Below are positions 36,603 to 45,757 of a stretch of 64,000 bases of DNA, piece after piece (position 1 is the first letter of the stretch; each line of letters starts with the position of its first letter). The position numbers and the translations under genes were made by a program. Under the pieces are notes generated by a model. It was not told the DNA's origin, searched no databases, and saw nothing but the letters and a program-made list of their open reading frames with translations. Source of the stretch: Candidatus Zambryskibacteria bacterium RIFCSPHIGHO2_01_FULL_46_25 (GTDB lineage: Bacteria; Patescibacteriota; Minisyncoccia; Phycocordibacterales; Zambryskibacteraceae); contig MHVH01000005.1 in NCBI GenBank assembly GCA_001825155.1, positions 3,528 through 67,527 on the forward strand. Reading direction: 5' to 3'.

Positions 36603-38985
36603 ATGACAAAATTGCTGCGGGGGGGGGGCTTTACTAGGTAATTCATTCAAACTTCTACTTGTTTTCACAGTTGCCTTCGGCGGCTTTTTTGTTGCTAATT
36701 CGGCACAGGCGGCTACGATAAATGTCCCGGCTGAGCAGGCGACCATTCAAGCAGCAATTACTGCTGCGAATCCTGGCGACATAATTAATGTCGCGGCGGG
36801 GACATATCCCGAAAATGTTTCAATAAGTGGCAAGACAAATCTCACAATTCAGGGCGCTGGAATTTCAACCATCGTTGAACCAGCAAGCGGAATCGGTTTT
36901 GCAATCACGAATTCTAGCAACATAACAATCAAGAATCTCAAAATTCACACCGTCGGCACCGATGCACACGGCGTCTGGGTTGCTGGAACCCCTAGCGGTA
37001 GTGCGGTGACCGGTCTTACAGTGCAGGATGACACAATCGTTGTGGATGGCTACTCCAGCGGTATTTACGCTGGGTGGGTAGATACGACACCTCACTCGGG
37101 GTGGCTTATCGGTGGGTCAGGACACGGGAACACTATAGAAGTGAACTCTGGCGCAGGAGTTACAGGCGATGGAATGGATCTCTATGACGTATCTGACTCG
37201 GAAGTAAGTTACAACACGATTACGCTTACAAACCCGACTGATAGTACGCCCGTTATTTGGTCAAGTGAACTCTCCAATCTGAACAATCTAAAATTCGAGC
37301 ACAATACGATGAGCGGTTCTACCGGTAGCGAAGTATGGATTGGTACGGATTTCAGTAGCCAATCACCTGATACATCTATCTCGACCGTCTCCGTGTTGGG
37401 CAACACGTTCGGCAACTGGGGTGTGCGCGCGTTGAAACTCGAAGGATCTGTTACGGGGGTGTCCGTAAATGCCAACATCTTCCAGATGACTGCGGATACG
37501 ACTCAAGTAATCGGTGGTACCGCTGCGCCTAGTGCAACAGGGACGGGAAATACGTTTAATATTTCTCTCCCGGCAAAAATTCAAAAAGCGGTAGACGCGG
37601 CATTTGCCGGCGACACTATTAATGTTGCCGCAGGGACGTATGACGAACAGCTAACTGTAGATAAGGATGTAACGATCAGTGGCGTTTCCGGTGCGATTCT
37701 CCAGCCGACGGGAAACGATGATGCTTGGGACATCCAATTTGCCAGTGGCGGAAGCGGCGCGACCTTAGAGGGATTCACTCTCGACTTTAACGGTTCTGCT
37801 AATGATAGGGATGGAAGAGGTATAGGAATTAGCGATTCCGGCGGTCCGACAGTCACAAATGTCACGATTCAGAATAACGACATTACTATGGGTGTGGGTG
37901 TAGGTGCAGCGACGGGTGGACTGGAGGGCGTGGGTATTCAGACTGGCCTTAATGCCGATATAGGCGGTTTGCAAATACTGGATAACGACTTTCATGCCGG
38001 CAGTACTGTAATAACTGATGGCAATTCACAGGGTGAGGAAGGAATCTATGTAAATCCGAGCTCCGGTACCGGAGAGATAACCATATCCGGCAACACATTC
38101 GACGGAGAGTTGTTTACTGGCATCTCAATCGAGTCGGATAACGTCACAGTAAGCAACAATACCGTGACTCGTACGAGTATCGTCCAGAACACTAACGGCA
38201 TAAGAGTCAATGAATTCTACGGAAGTAAGACTTACAGCATAACCATAAGTGATAACGTTGTCAGCGGATTCGATAACGGCTTGCGTCTTGGTAGCGGAAG
38301 CGATGGGGGGTCGACATTAGCAGTAACCGTGGAGAATAACACGATTACTGACAACACCCGTGGTATTTGGGTCAGAAACGATGCAGTAGTAACCGCTTCA
38401 GGCAATACATTCTCAGGTAATACATCGAATCCCGAAATTCTTGCCGGAAGTGACGGAACTGTCAACGGAGTAAATGTCTGGGGAAATCCAGTCGTCACAA
38501 TCAACGGTGATGTAAATATGGGGGTTTGGGATAGAAACGGTTTCAGTGATCCTGGCGCTTCTGCTACAGACAGCTCTGGCGCTTCAGTTGATGTGGTTGT
38601 TACTGGCTCAGTAAACATATCCATAGCAGGCACATACACCTTGACTTATACGGCTACTGATATGTTTGGGAATACGGCATCTGCTGATCGCACAGTTACT
38701 GTAAGAATCGCAAGTGGCGGAGGCGGGGGGTCTTCGAACGGCGGAGGCGGCAGGAGTTCCGGAGCAGCTTCGCCTAGAGCTCTTCAGGCGGTGAATGCGG
38801 CCGGAGTAACTCTGCCCGTTCCCGCGGCCGGAGTCATAGGACAGGTTCTCGGTGCTTCTACTGTTAGTCCGGAGATACAGGCCCAAATTGATTCCATCAA
38901 ACTAACTCTAAGAGGTCTCATCTCACAACTCATTGCTCTGCTTCAACAGCAGCTTGCAGCCGCTATCGCGTCTCAGGGAAATTAG
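36603..38985 (+). CDS. secreted right-handed beta-helix repeat surface protein. Start codon out of frame as sequenced (G10 tract), putative phase-variable gene
   Basis: ATG 36603 then G10 (36619..36628). As sequenced: MTKLLRGGGFTR*. The frame from 36607 has no ATG, GTG or TTG before the signal peptide (…SFKLLLVFTVAFGGFFVANSAQA|ATINVPA). G9 would give one continuous ORF. Beta-helix repeats (NNTITDN, NVTIQNND…). Gly-rich C-terminal region. Confidence 0.6.
36619..36628. repeat. G10 homopolymeric tract between start codon and signal-peptide coding region
   Basis: Counted directly: ctgcGGGGGGGGGGcttt. Confidence 0.9.
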
Positions 38986-39008
38986 CAATTAATTCTGGTG
39001 CTTGGCCC

Positions 39009-39038
39009 AAAAAACCGCCTTGACTTAGGCGGTTTTTT
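39009..39038 (+). terminator. rho-independent terminator after the beta-helix protein gene
   Basis: AAAAAACCGCCTTGACTTAGGCGGTTTTTTGG. Confidence 0.75.
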
Positions 39039-39055
39039 GGTTAATAGTTAATCTT

Positions 39056-39958
39056 ATGATTTCTTGGCTCAAGAGGCACTTCATACCGCACGAGGGGAAT
39101 GGTCACAGACCTCATATTCTGCATAGGAAGAATGCCGCCCAACTCGTGGGAGTGGTGCTACTTTTCGAACTTGCGCTATTTATCTTGCCAGGGCTCAACT
39201 TCGCCGGCTTCGTCAATAGTCTCAATCTTGGCGCGGTCTTGCCCGGAGTGCTCTCGACGCTTACCAATGAGAAGAGGCTGGCGGAGAACATGCCACAGCT
39301 TCTCGAGAATCCTTTGCTTATGCAATCGGCCCAGCTCAAGGCGGAAGACATGGCGACAAAAAGTTATTTCGCTCACACTTCTCCGGAAGGGAAGACTCCG
39401 TGGTATTGGCTCAAGCAAGTTGGTTACTCGTATGCCTATGCCGGAGAGAACTTGGCGGTGAACTTCGTTGATTCCGAAGATGTGACGGAAGCTTGGATGA
39501 ATTCTCCAACTCATCGCGCCAATATCGTAAGCGGTGCTTACACTGAGATAGGGACAGGCATCGCGACGGGCGTGTACAAGGGCAATAATGCCGTTTTTGT
39601 CGCCCAGGTTTACGGCCGTCCGGCATTGTTTAACCCCTCGCTTCTACCGGCTGCGGCGCAGAAGTCTGCCGGTTTGAACCGAGTGGTGCAAGAAACGACA
39701 AGGTTTTTCCAAGAAGCGGCCGCATCGCCCAGGCGCACGACAGACGCCGTGCTCTTTAGTGTCATGGGCATCATTACTCTCGCGCTCCTTTTCAATATCT
39801 TTATCAAAATCAGGCACCAACATCCGGATCTTATATTAAACGGCGCGGTGGTCATGGTGGTAATTCTCGCTCTCCACATCGGCAACGGATATGTTTCAAA
39901 AGATCATGGCTTGGAAACGTCTTTTATCGCCTACAACGCCTCAGAAGTAGAAGAATAG
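39056..39958 (+). CDS. CAP/SCP/PR1-like (YkwD-type) domain protein with N- and C-terminal TM segments
   Basis: …SYFAHTSPEGKTPWYW…YAGENLA…WMNSPTHRANI… CAP-domain signature. Confidence 0.7.
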   Translation: MISWLKRHFIPHEGNGHRPHILHRKNAAQLVGVVLLFELALFILPGLNFAGFVNSLNLGAVLPGVLSTLTNEKRLAENMPQLLENPLLMQSAQLKAEDMATKSYFAHTSPEGKTPWYWLKQVGYSYAYAGENLAVNFVDSEDVTEAWMNSPTHRANIVSGAYTEIGTGIATGVYKGNNAVFVAQVYGRPALFNPSLLPAAAQKSAGLNRVVQETTRFFQEAAASPRRTTDAVLFSVMGIITLALLFNIFIKIRHQHPDLILNGAVVMVVILALHIGNGYVSKDHGLETSFIAYNASEVEE

Positions 39959-39977
39959 TGTTATAATTTCGCACAAG

Positions 39978-41078
39978 ATGCGAAGCAGGATAAAAGTCGA
40001 TAAGCCTTTTTTGGTCATCACGATTATACTCATCGTGGCGGGCTTTTTTATTTTCTCCTCCGCTTCTTTGGGCCTCTTGGCGAAGGAGAGTTCAAACTAT
40101 TCGAGTGTCGCGTTCTCGCAAACCGTCCTCGGCCTTTTCCTCGGCACGATTGCCATGATTCTGGCGGCCAGGCTCGATTACAAAATATGGAAAAAATGGG
40201 CTTTCTATCTCCTCATCCTGGCGGTAATTTTAAATATCATTGTTCTCATTCCTGACATCGGTTTCGAGCATGGCGGCGCGCGAAGATGGCTACGGGTAGG
40301 AGAGCTTTCTCTCCAGCCGGCCGAGGTACTCAAGTTCGCCTTCATCATCTACTTTGCCGCCTGGGCGGCGGGAGTTAAGGAAAAGATATCTACCTTCTCC
40401 ATGGGCCTCTTGCCCCTCATGACTCTCCTTGGCCTCTGTGGCATTCTCCTTCTTCTCCAGCCGGACACGGACAACTACATGGTCATCGTCGCGACCGGCA
40501 TGGGCATGTTCATAGCGGCGGGCGGTCGATGGCGGCACGTGTTAATACTGGGACTTATAGGACTTATAGGACTTATAGGACTTGCGGTAGCAAGGCCGTA
40601 TGTCATGCAGAGGATTACGACTTTTCTCAATCCGACATTGGACTCTCTTGGCTCCGGTTATCAGATACAGCAAAGCCTTATCGCTATCGGTTCCGGAGGT
40701 CTCTTCGGCACCGGTTTTGGTCAGAGTATTCAGAAATTTACCTATCTCCCGGAGCCGGTGGGCGATTCTATCTTTGCCGTGGCCGGAGAAGAGTTCGGCT
40801 TCGTGGGTTCGGTTTTGCTTATCGCGATATTCACCCTTTTTGCCGTGCGAGGGCTCAAAATCGCCGGCAATATGGAAGATAGGTTCGGTAGACTGGTGGT
40901 TGCTGGAATTGTTATAATGATTATCTCCCAGGCATTCGTCAATATAGGCGCCATGCTAGGAGTAATACCGCTTTCAGGCATTACCTTGCCCTTCGTCTCG
41001 CATGGCGGCACCTCTCTTTTCTTGAGCCTGTTTGAGATTGGCGTAATCCTTTCAGTATCCAAATCGCAAAAATCATGA
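39978..41078 (+). CDS. ftsW: SEDS-family peptidoglycan glycosyltransferase FtsW/RodA
   Basis: 10-TM SEDS topology and conserved C-terminal …GVIPLSGITLPFVSHGGTSL… Contains a 3x 9-bp tandem repeat (ggacttata) encoding LIGLIGLIG. Confidence 0.85.
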   Translation: MRSRIKVDKPFLVITIILIVAGFFIFSSASLGLLAKESSNYSSVAFSQTVLGLFLGTIAMILAARLDYKIWKKWAFYLLILAVILNIIVLIPDIGFEHGGARRWLRVGELSLQPAEVLKFAFIIYFAAWAAGVKEKISTFSMGLLPLMTLLGLCGILLLLQPDTDNYMVIVATGMGMFIAAGGRWRHVLILGLIGLIGLIGLAVARPYVMQRITTFLNPTLDSLGSGYQIQQSLIAIGSGGLFGTGFGQSIQKFTYLPEPVGDSIFAVAGEEFGFVGSVLLIAIFTLFAVRGLKIAGNMEDRFGRLVVAGIVIMIISQAFVNIGAMLGVIPLSGITLPFVSHGGTSLFLSLFEIGVILSVSKSQKS

Positions 41079-42220
41079 GAATTTTATTTACCGGCGGAGG
41101 CACAGGAGGACACTTCTACCCGATTATCTCCATTGCCGATGAGCTCAAAGCTCTCGCCAAGGACAAGAGGCTTCTTGAGCTCGAGCTCTTCTACATGTCG
41201 CCTACGCCATATGATGCAGGAACGCTCTTCGAGCACGGCCTCGAATACAGGAAGAATAGCGCCGGCAAATTGCGCCGCTCGAAATCCGGCTTGAACCTTT
41301 TCCGCAATTTCTTCGACTTATTTAAAACAGGGTGGGGGATTATCACGTCGGTTGTGCAGGTCTTCAATCTCTATCCAGACGTGGTCTTTGGCAAGGGCGG
41401 GTACGCGAGTTTCCCGGCGCTTCTGGCGGCAAGAATCTTGCGCATACCGGTCGTCATCCACGAATCCGACAGCGTGCCGGGCAAGGTTAACTTATGGGCG
41501 GGCAAATTCGCCCAAAAGGTCGCCGTTTCCTACAAAGAAGCTGGGCAGTTTTTTCCCCCGGAAAAAACTGCCTATACCGGCCAGCCTGTGCGCCGAGAAA
41601 TCGCTTCGCCGCTTCTCGAGGGAGCGAGAGAATTTCTGGGCCTCAAGGAGGATGTGCCGGTCGTCCTCATCCTTGGTGGCTCTCAAGGCTCGCAGAAAAT
41701 CAATGCCGCCGTTCTCGAAGCTTTGAAAGAACTTTTGGAGAAATACGCCGTCATCCATCAGACGGGAGGCAATAACTTCGCCGAGGTCAAAGCGACAGCC
41801 GAGGCGGTGCTCTACGGCTCAACGCACAAAGACCGCTACAAGCCATTCGATTATCTCAACACTCTGGCCATGCGCATGGCGGCCGGCCTCGCCACCATAG
41901 TGGTTTCCCGCGCCGGCTCCGCCATATTCGAAATTGCTTCGTGGGGCGCGCCATCGATTATCATCCCCATTAACGAGAAGGTGAGCCACGACCAGCACTC
42001 TAACGCCTTCGCCTATGCTCGCTCCGGTGCCTGTACCGTGGTGGAAGAAATTAATCTCTCTCCCAACATCCTCATATCCGAGATCGACAGGCTTATAGGA
42101 GACAAAATACTTACGGAAAACATGAAGGCGGCCGCTAAAGTATTCTACAAACCCGACGCCGCCAAGCTCGTGGCGGAAGAGATACTAAAGATAGCATTGG
42201 AGCATGAGATAGAGAAATAG
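41075..42220 (+). CDS. murG: undecaprenyldiphospho-muramoylpentapeptide beta-N-acetylglucosaminyltransferase
   Basis: MRILFTGGGTGGHFYP N-terminus (GT28). Confidence 0.9.
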   Translation: MRILFTGGGTGGHFYPIISIADELKALAKDKRLLELELFYMSPTPYDAGTLFEHGLEYRKNSAGKLRRSKSGLNLFRNFFDLFKTGWGIITSVVQVFNLYPDVVFGKGGYASFPALLAARILRIPVVIHESDSVPGKVNLWAGKFAQKVAVSYKEAGQFFPPEKTAYTGQPVRREIASPLLEGAREFLGLKEDVPVVLILGGSQGSQKINAAVLEALKELLEKYAVIHQTGGNNFAEVKATAEAVLYGSTHKDRYKPFDYLNTLAMRMAAGLATIVVSRAGSAIFEIASWGAPSIIIPINEKVSHDQHSNAFAYARSGACTVVEEINLSPNILISEIDRLIGDKILTENMKAAAKVFYKPDAAKLVAEEILKIALEHEIEK

Positions 42221-42227
42221 ATAAATA

Positions 42228-42677
42228 AATCCTCCCCCATAAATCCCTCCAACCCCCCTTTATCAAGGGAGGTGAATCATGAAATACAATTTTATTCCAT
42301 ATGATAAAAATCTGGTACTCCGGGCCAGAGAATTAAGAAATAATCAAACGGAAGCAGAGAAATACTTTTGGACCAATGTTCTTAAAAGTAAAAAATTCAA
42401 GACTTTCATATTTTTGAGACAAAAACCGGTTGGAAATTTCATTGTCGATTTCTACTGCTCGCGTTTGTTACTCGGCATAGAAATTGACGGCCATATCCAT
42501 GACAAGAATAGGGATAAAGAAAGAGATAATATATTAAAAGAGAAATTCGGGATTACGGTCCTTAGGTATAGAAACGAAGATGTTATGGATAATCCTGAAA
42601 AAATTGTGAAAGACCTATTGCGACAAATGAAAGGTTGATCCCTCCCTTGATAAAGGGAGGGCAGGGAGGGATTGTGT
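42228..42677. mobile_element. about 450-bp element with imperfect terminal inverted repeats (AATCC(C)TCCC… / …GGGAGGGATTGTGT) carrying a DUF559/Vsr-like nuclease gene
   Basis: Left end cctcccccataaatccctccaacccccctttatcaagggagg. Right end ccctcccttgataaagggagggcagggagggattgtgt, the reverse complement of the left end. A miniature derivative lies at 12587..12667. Confidence 0.6.
42279..42638 (+). CDS. DUF559-type endonuclease-domain protein (Vsr/PD-(D/E)xK-like)
   Basis: …RQKPVGNFIVDFYCSRLLLGIEIDGHIHD… signature of the DUF559/very-short-patch-repair-like fold. 119 aa. AT-rich. Confidence 0.7.
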   Translation: MKYNFIPYDKNLVLRARELRNNQTEAEKYFWTNVLKSKKFKTFIFLRQKPVGNFIVDFYCSRLLLGIEIDGHIHDKNRDKERDNILKEKFGITVLRYRNEDVMDNPEKIVKDLLRQMKG

Positions 42678-42689
42678 TAAAATGAGCCC

Positions 42690-43913
42690 ATGCAACAGAA
42701 AACTAGTGAAAAAGTGGTAGTCCGTATCCCGCCGTCGCCAACGGGCTTTTTCCACATTGGCCGAGCGCGTATGGCGTTGTTTAATTATCTCTTTGCCAAA
42801 AAACATGGCGGAGAAATCGTTTTTCGACTTGAGGACACAGACAAGGAGCGTTCCAAAAAAGAATTTGAAGAAGACATTATCGAATCGTTAAAATGGCTCG
42901 GCATTTCGTATGACCAAGGTCCATTCAGACAGTCGGAGAGGGGAGAGATATACAAAAAATATATTCAGAAGATGCTCGATAACGGCACGGCCTATGTTTC
43001 GCACGAGACGGAAGGGGAAAACAAGGAAGTCATCAGATTCAAGAATCCAAACAAGACCGTAACTTTTTCCGATGAGATACGAGGCGAAATATCTTTCGAT
43101 ACGACCGAACTGAAAGATTTTGTAGTGGCAAGAAATATAGATGATCCTTTGTATCACCTAACGGTTGTTATAGATGACCATGAGTCAGGTATTACGCATG
43201 TTATACGCGGAGAGGACCATATCTCCAACACTCCTCGTCAGATTCTTCTACAAGAAGCGATTGGCGCGAATAGGCCTGTGTATGCTCACCTACCCATGAT
43301 TCTTGCCCCCGACAGGTCGAAGATGTCTGCGAGGCATGGGGCCGTGTCCGTTCGCGAATACCGTGCCATGGGTTATTTGCCTCATGCCTTCAACAATTAC
43401 CTCGCGTTACTCGGCTGGAATCCGGGTACGGAGCAGGAAATATTTACCATGGAGGAGCTTATCGAGCAGTTCGATTTGAAAAAAATTCAGAAAGGCGGGG
43501 CCATATTTGACCAAAAAAAGCTCGACTGGGTAAACAAAGAGCATATCAAACTTCTGCCCGAAGCCGAGCAGAAAAAATTATTGTTGAAAAGCATCGAAAA
43601 CGAACCCTACATGACGGGTGAGCCAGAGCTTGATGTGGAGAAAATTTGCTGGAGGTATATAAATCAGGGAGAAACCATACGTCATTTAGAAAAAGTTAAG
43701 GAGCTTCTGAAAGAAGAATGGACTATATATAAAAGAGAAATAATGGCTTATTCAGAACAAGAGGGAAGAGGCAACGTTCTCTGGCCCGTGCGCTACGCGC
43801 TTACCGGTGCAGAAGCTTCCCCGGACCCGTTTATCATGCTGGAATTCCTGGGCAAAGAGAAGTCCCTTAAGCGTATCGAAAAAGCTATAATGGCTCTAAA
43901 GAATGCCAAATAG
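42690..43913 (+). CDS. gltX: glutamyl-tRNA synthetase (compact)
   Basis: PSPTGFFHIGRAR (HIGH) and KMSAR (KMSKS variant). 407 aa. Confidence 0.9.
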   Translation: MQQKTSEKVVVRIPPSPTGFFHIGRARMALFNYLFAKKHGGEIVFRLEDTDKERSKKEFEEDIIESLKWLGISYDQGPFRQSERGEIYKKYIQKMLDNGTAYVSHETEGENKEVIRFKNPNKTVTFSDEIRGEISFDTTELKDFVVARNIDDPLYHLTVVIDDHESGITHVIRGEDHISNTPRQILLQEAIGANRPVYAHLPMILAPDRSKMSARHGAVSVREYRAMGYLPHAFNNYLALLGWNPGTEQEIFTMEELIEQFDLKKIQKGGAIFDQKKLDWVNKEHIKLLPEAEQKKLLLKSIENEPYMTGEPELDVEKICWRYINQGETIRHLEKVKELLKEEWTIYKREIMAYSEQEGRGNVLWPVRYALTGAEASPDPFIMLEFLGKEKSLKRIEKAIMALKNAK

Positions 43914-45192
43914 ATTTTTCATTGTTTTATTTGTGTTCTGTGTTCTGGGTTTTTCATCTCTTGCTCTAGCGGTTAGTCCGGCCGAGCTATCGACGCAGAT
44001 TGAGAGCGTGCGCCGCGAGCGTGAGGCTCTGGTCGAAGAGCAGACACGCCTGCAGGCGGAACTTGAGGCGATCAATCGTGAGAGCCAGTCGCTTGGTACG
44101 GCGGTCAAGTCTCTTGACGCCACAAAGAAGAAGATTGCCGCCGACATCAAGGTAACGCAGTCGAAAATTTCTTCCACCGACCTATCCATTCGCTCGCTTG
44201 AGAACAATATGGCGGACAAGGAGGAGAAGATTGGCGCGCATGAGAAGGCGATTGCTCTTGCTCTGCAATCCGTCTCGATTTACGATACGCGTCCACTCTG
44301 GGTTGATATGCTTGCCGCAACGAGTTTCTCGGATGCGTGGCGGGACAGGACTCAGCTTGAAGGCTTGAGTGCTTCTCTCAATGATGAAGTGACGAGCCTG
44401 AGAGAAACGAAAAATATTTTAAGCGAAGAGAAGAAGAAAAAGGAGGCCGCGAAGAAGCAGATTGTCTCGCTCCAAGGAGAGCTTACCGGACAGAAGACCG
44501 TTGTCGAAGAAAGCCAGAAAGCGAAGGAACGCTTGCTCGCCGAGACCAAGAACAAGGAAGCGGTTTACCAGCAGATGATCAAGGAGAATCTCGAGAGGCA
44601 GGCGCGGTTCGAGAAGGATATCTATGAACTCGAGTCCCAGCTCAAAATAGCTCTCGACCCATCACTCATCCCTGACCAACGGCACGGCTTGCTCTCCTGG
44701 CCTCTGGACAAAATTTTTGTCACCAACTTTTTCGGCAAAGTAAGCGGTGCCGCGCTTCGTATCTATGCCTCCGGCTCGCACAATGGCGTGGATTTGCGCG
44801 CTTCCCAAGGTACGAGAGTCTTGGCGATGCTTGGTGGGGTAGTAGAGGGCACCGGTAATACCGACAACCAAAGAGGTTGTTATTCTTACGGTCGCTGGGT
44901 GCTTATAAAACACGGCAACGGTCTCACTTCGATTTATGCGCACCTCTCGGCCTCTCTCGTCTCAACCGGGCAAGAGATTAAAACTGGACAGCTTATAGGC
45001 TACTCCGGCGGCACGCCGCGCACCTCTGGTGCCGGCTACTCGACCGGTCCGCATCTCCATGTTGGTCTCTTCGCGAGCCAGGGAGTCTCAGTGCGCCAAT
45101 TTACTCAGAGCATTGGTTGCAAGCAGATTGTCCTGCCCATCGCCGACATCAAGGCCTATCTCGACCCCCTTGCGTATCTGCCTTCTCTCTAA
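43903..45192 (+). CDS. M23-family peptidoglycan DD-metalloendopeptidase with N-terminal coiled coil (EnvC/NlpD-like)
   Basis: Signal peptide. Long coiled coil. C-terminal HNGVDL…HLH M23 motifs. Confidence 0.8.
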   Translation: MPNRFFIVLFVFCVLGFSSLALAVSPAELSTQIESVRREREALVEEQTRLQAELEAINRESQSLGTAVKSLDATKKKIAADIKVTQSKISSTDLSIRSLENNMADKEEKIGAHEKAIALALQSVSIYDTRPLWVDMLAATSFSDAWRDRTQLEGLSASLNDEVTSLRETKNILSEEKKKKEAAKKQIVSLQGELTGQKTVVEESQKAKERLLAETKNKEAVYQQMIKENLERQARFEKDIYELESQLKIALDPSLIPDQRHGLLSWPLDKIFVTNFFGKVSGAALRIYASGSHNGVDLRASQGTRVLAMLGGVVEGTGNTDNQRGCYSYGRWVLIKHGNGLTSIYAHLSASLVSTGQEIKTGQLIGYSGGTPRTSGAGYSTGPHLHVGLFASQGVSVRQFTQSIGCKQIVLPIADIKAYLDPLAYLPSL

Positions 45193-45204
45193 TATGCTTA
45201 ATTT

Positions 45205-45483
45205 ATGAGTAAGAAAAAAGGATTCATTTCGACACTCCTCATCATCATAGCGGCTTTGGCGGCGCTAAAATATTTTTTGAACTGGTCCATCTTCGACGCG
45301 GCGGCTTCCGACCAGGGGCAGGGGACTATCGCTTATGTCAGAGATGTCTTGAACACGGTTTGGGCTTACATTGGTTCTCCGGTTACTTACGCTTGGTATG
45401 AAGTGGTGGTACCTCTCTTCAGCTTCGCCTTCGATTCCCTAAGGCAGCTCATAGGAGAAGGAAGAAGCGCTCTAGGACAATAA
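45205..45483 (+). CDS. small hypothetical membrane protein
   Basis: N-terminal TM helix. 92 aa. A further 38-aa hydrophobic ORF follows at 45490..45606. Confidence 0.35.
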   Translation: MSKKKGFISTLLIIIAALAALKYFLNWSIFDAAASDQGQGTIAYVRDVLNTVWAYIGSPVTYAWYEVVVPLFSFAFDSLRQLIGEGRSALGQ

Positions 45484-45629
45484 CTTATTATGCTGAAGCC
45501 TTTTAAAATAATTTTATTCTTTTTTCTTGCAGTCATATATGTTCCGGCGTATTTGCTTATGCAGTTCACTTTCTCATGGTGGTCTGGACTTCTGGGAGGG
45601 GATTGAAGCGAATACTTGGAGCTTCAATC

Positions 45630-45692
45630 GGCCGGAAGCTGACGAGCTGAGGCGGGGTCGCGGAAATTTCTAGCAAGAAATTATCCGTGACT
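45630..45692. repeat. left copy of the roughly 65-bp direct repeat bracketing the GC-rich pyrE/pyrF islet
   Basis: ggccggaagctgacgagctgaggcggggtcgcggAAATTTCTagcaAGAAATTatccgtgact. Right copy at 47642..47708. Confidence 0.6.
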
Positions 45693-45710
45693 TGATTTTA
45701 ATAATAGAAA

Positions 45711-45738
45711 GGGCCGGCAGCGCATGCGCTGCCGGCCC
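45711..45738 (-). terminator. GC-rich hairpin downstream of the pyrE-like gene (terminator or cassette-boundary element)
   Basis: GGGCCGGCAGCGCATGCGCTGCCGGCCC. Near-identical element at 46551..46575. Confidence 0.6.
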
Positions 45739-45757
45739 TCGTTCGTTCGAAACCGCA

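Noticed and set aside
40551-40580. 3x tandem 9-bp repeat (ggacttata) inside ftsW
   Set aside because: Encodes LIGLIGLIG within a TM helix. Likely a benign slippage product with no functional implication visible.
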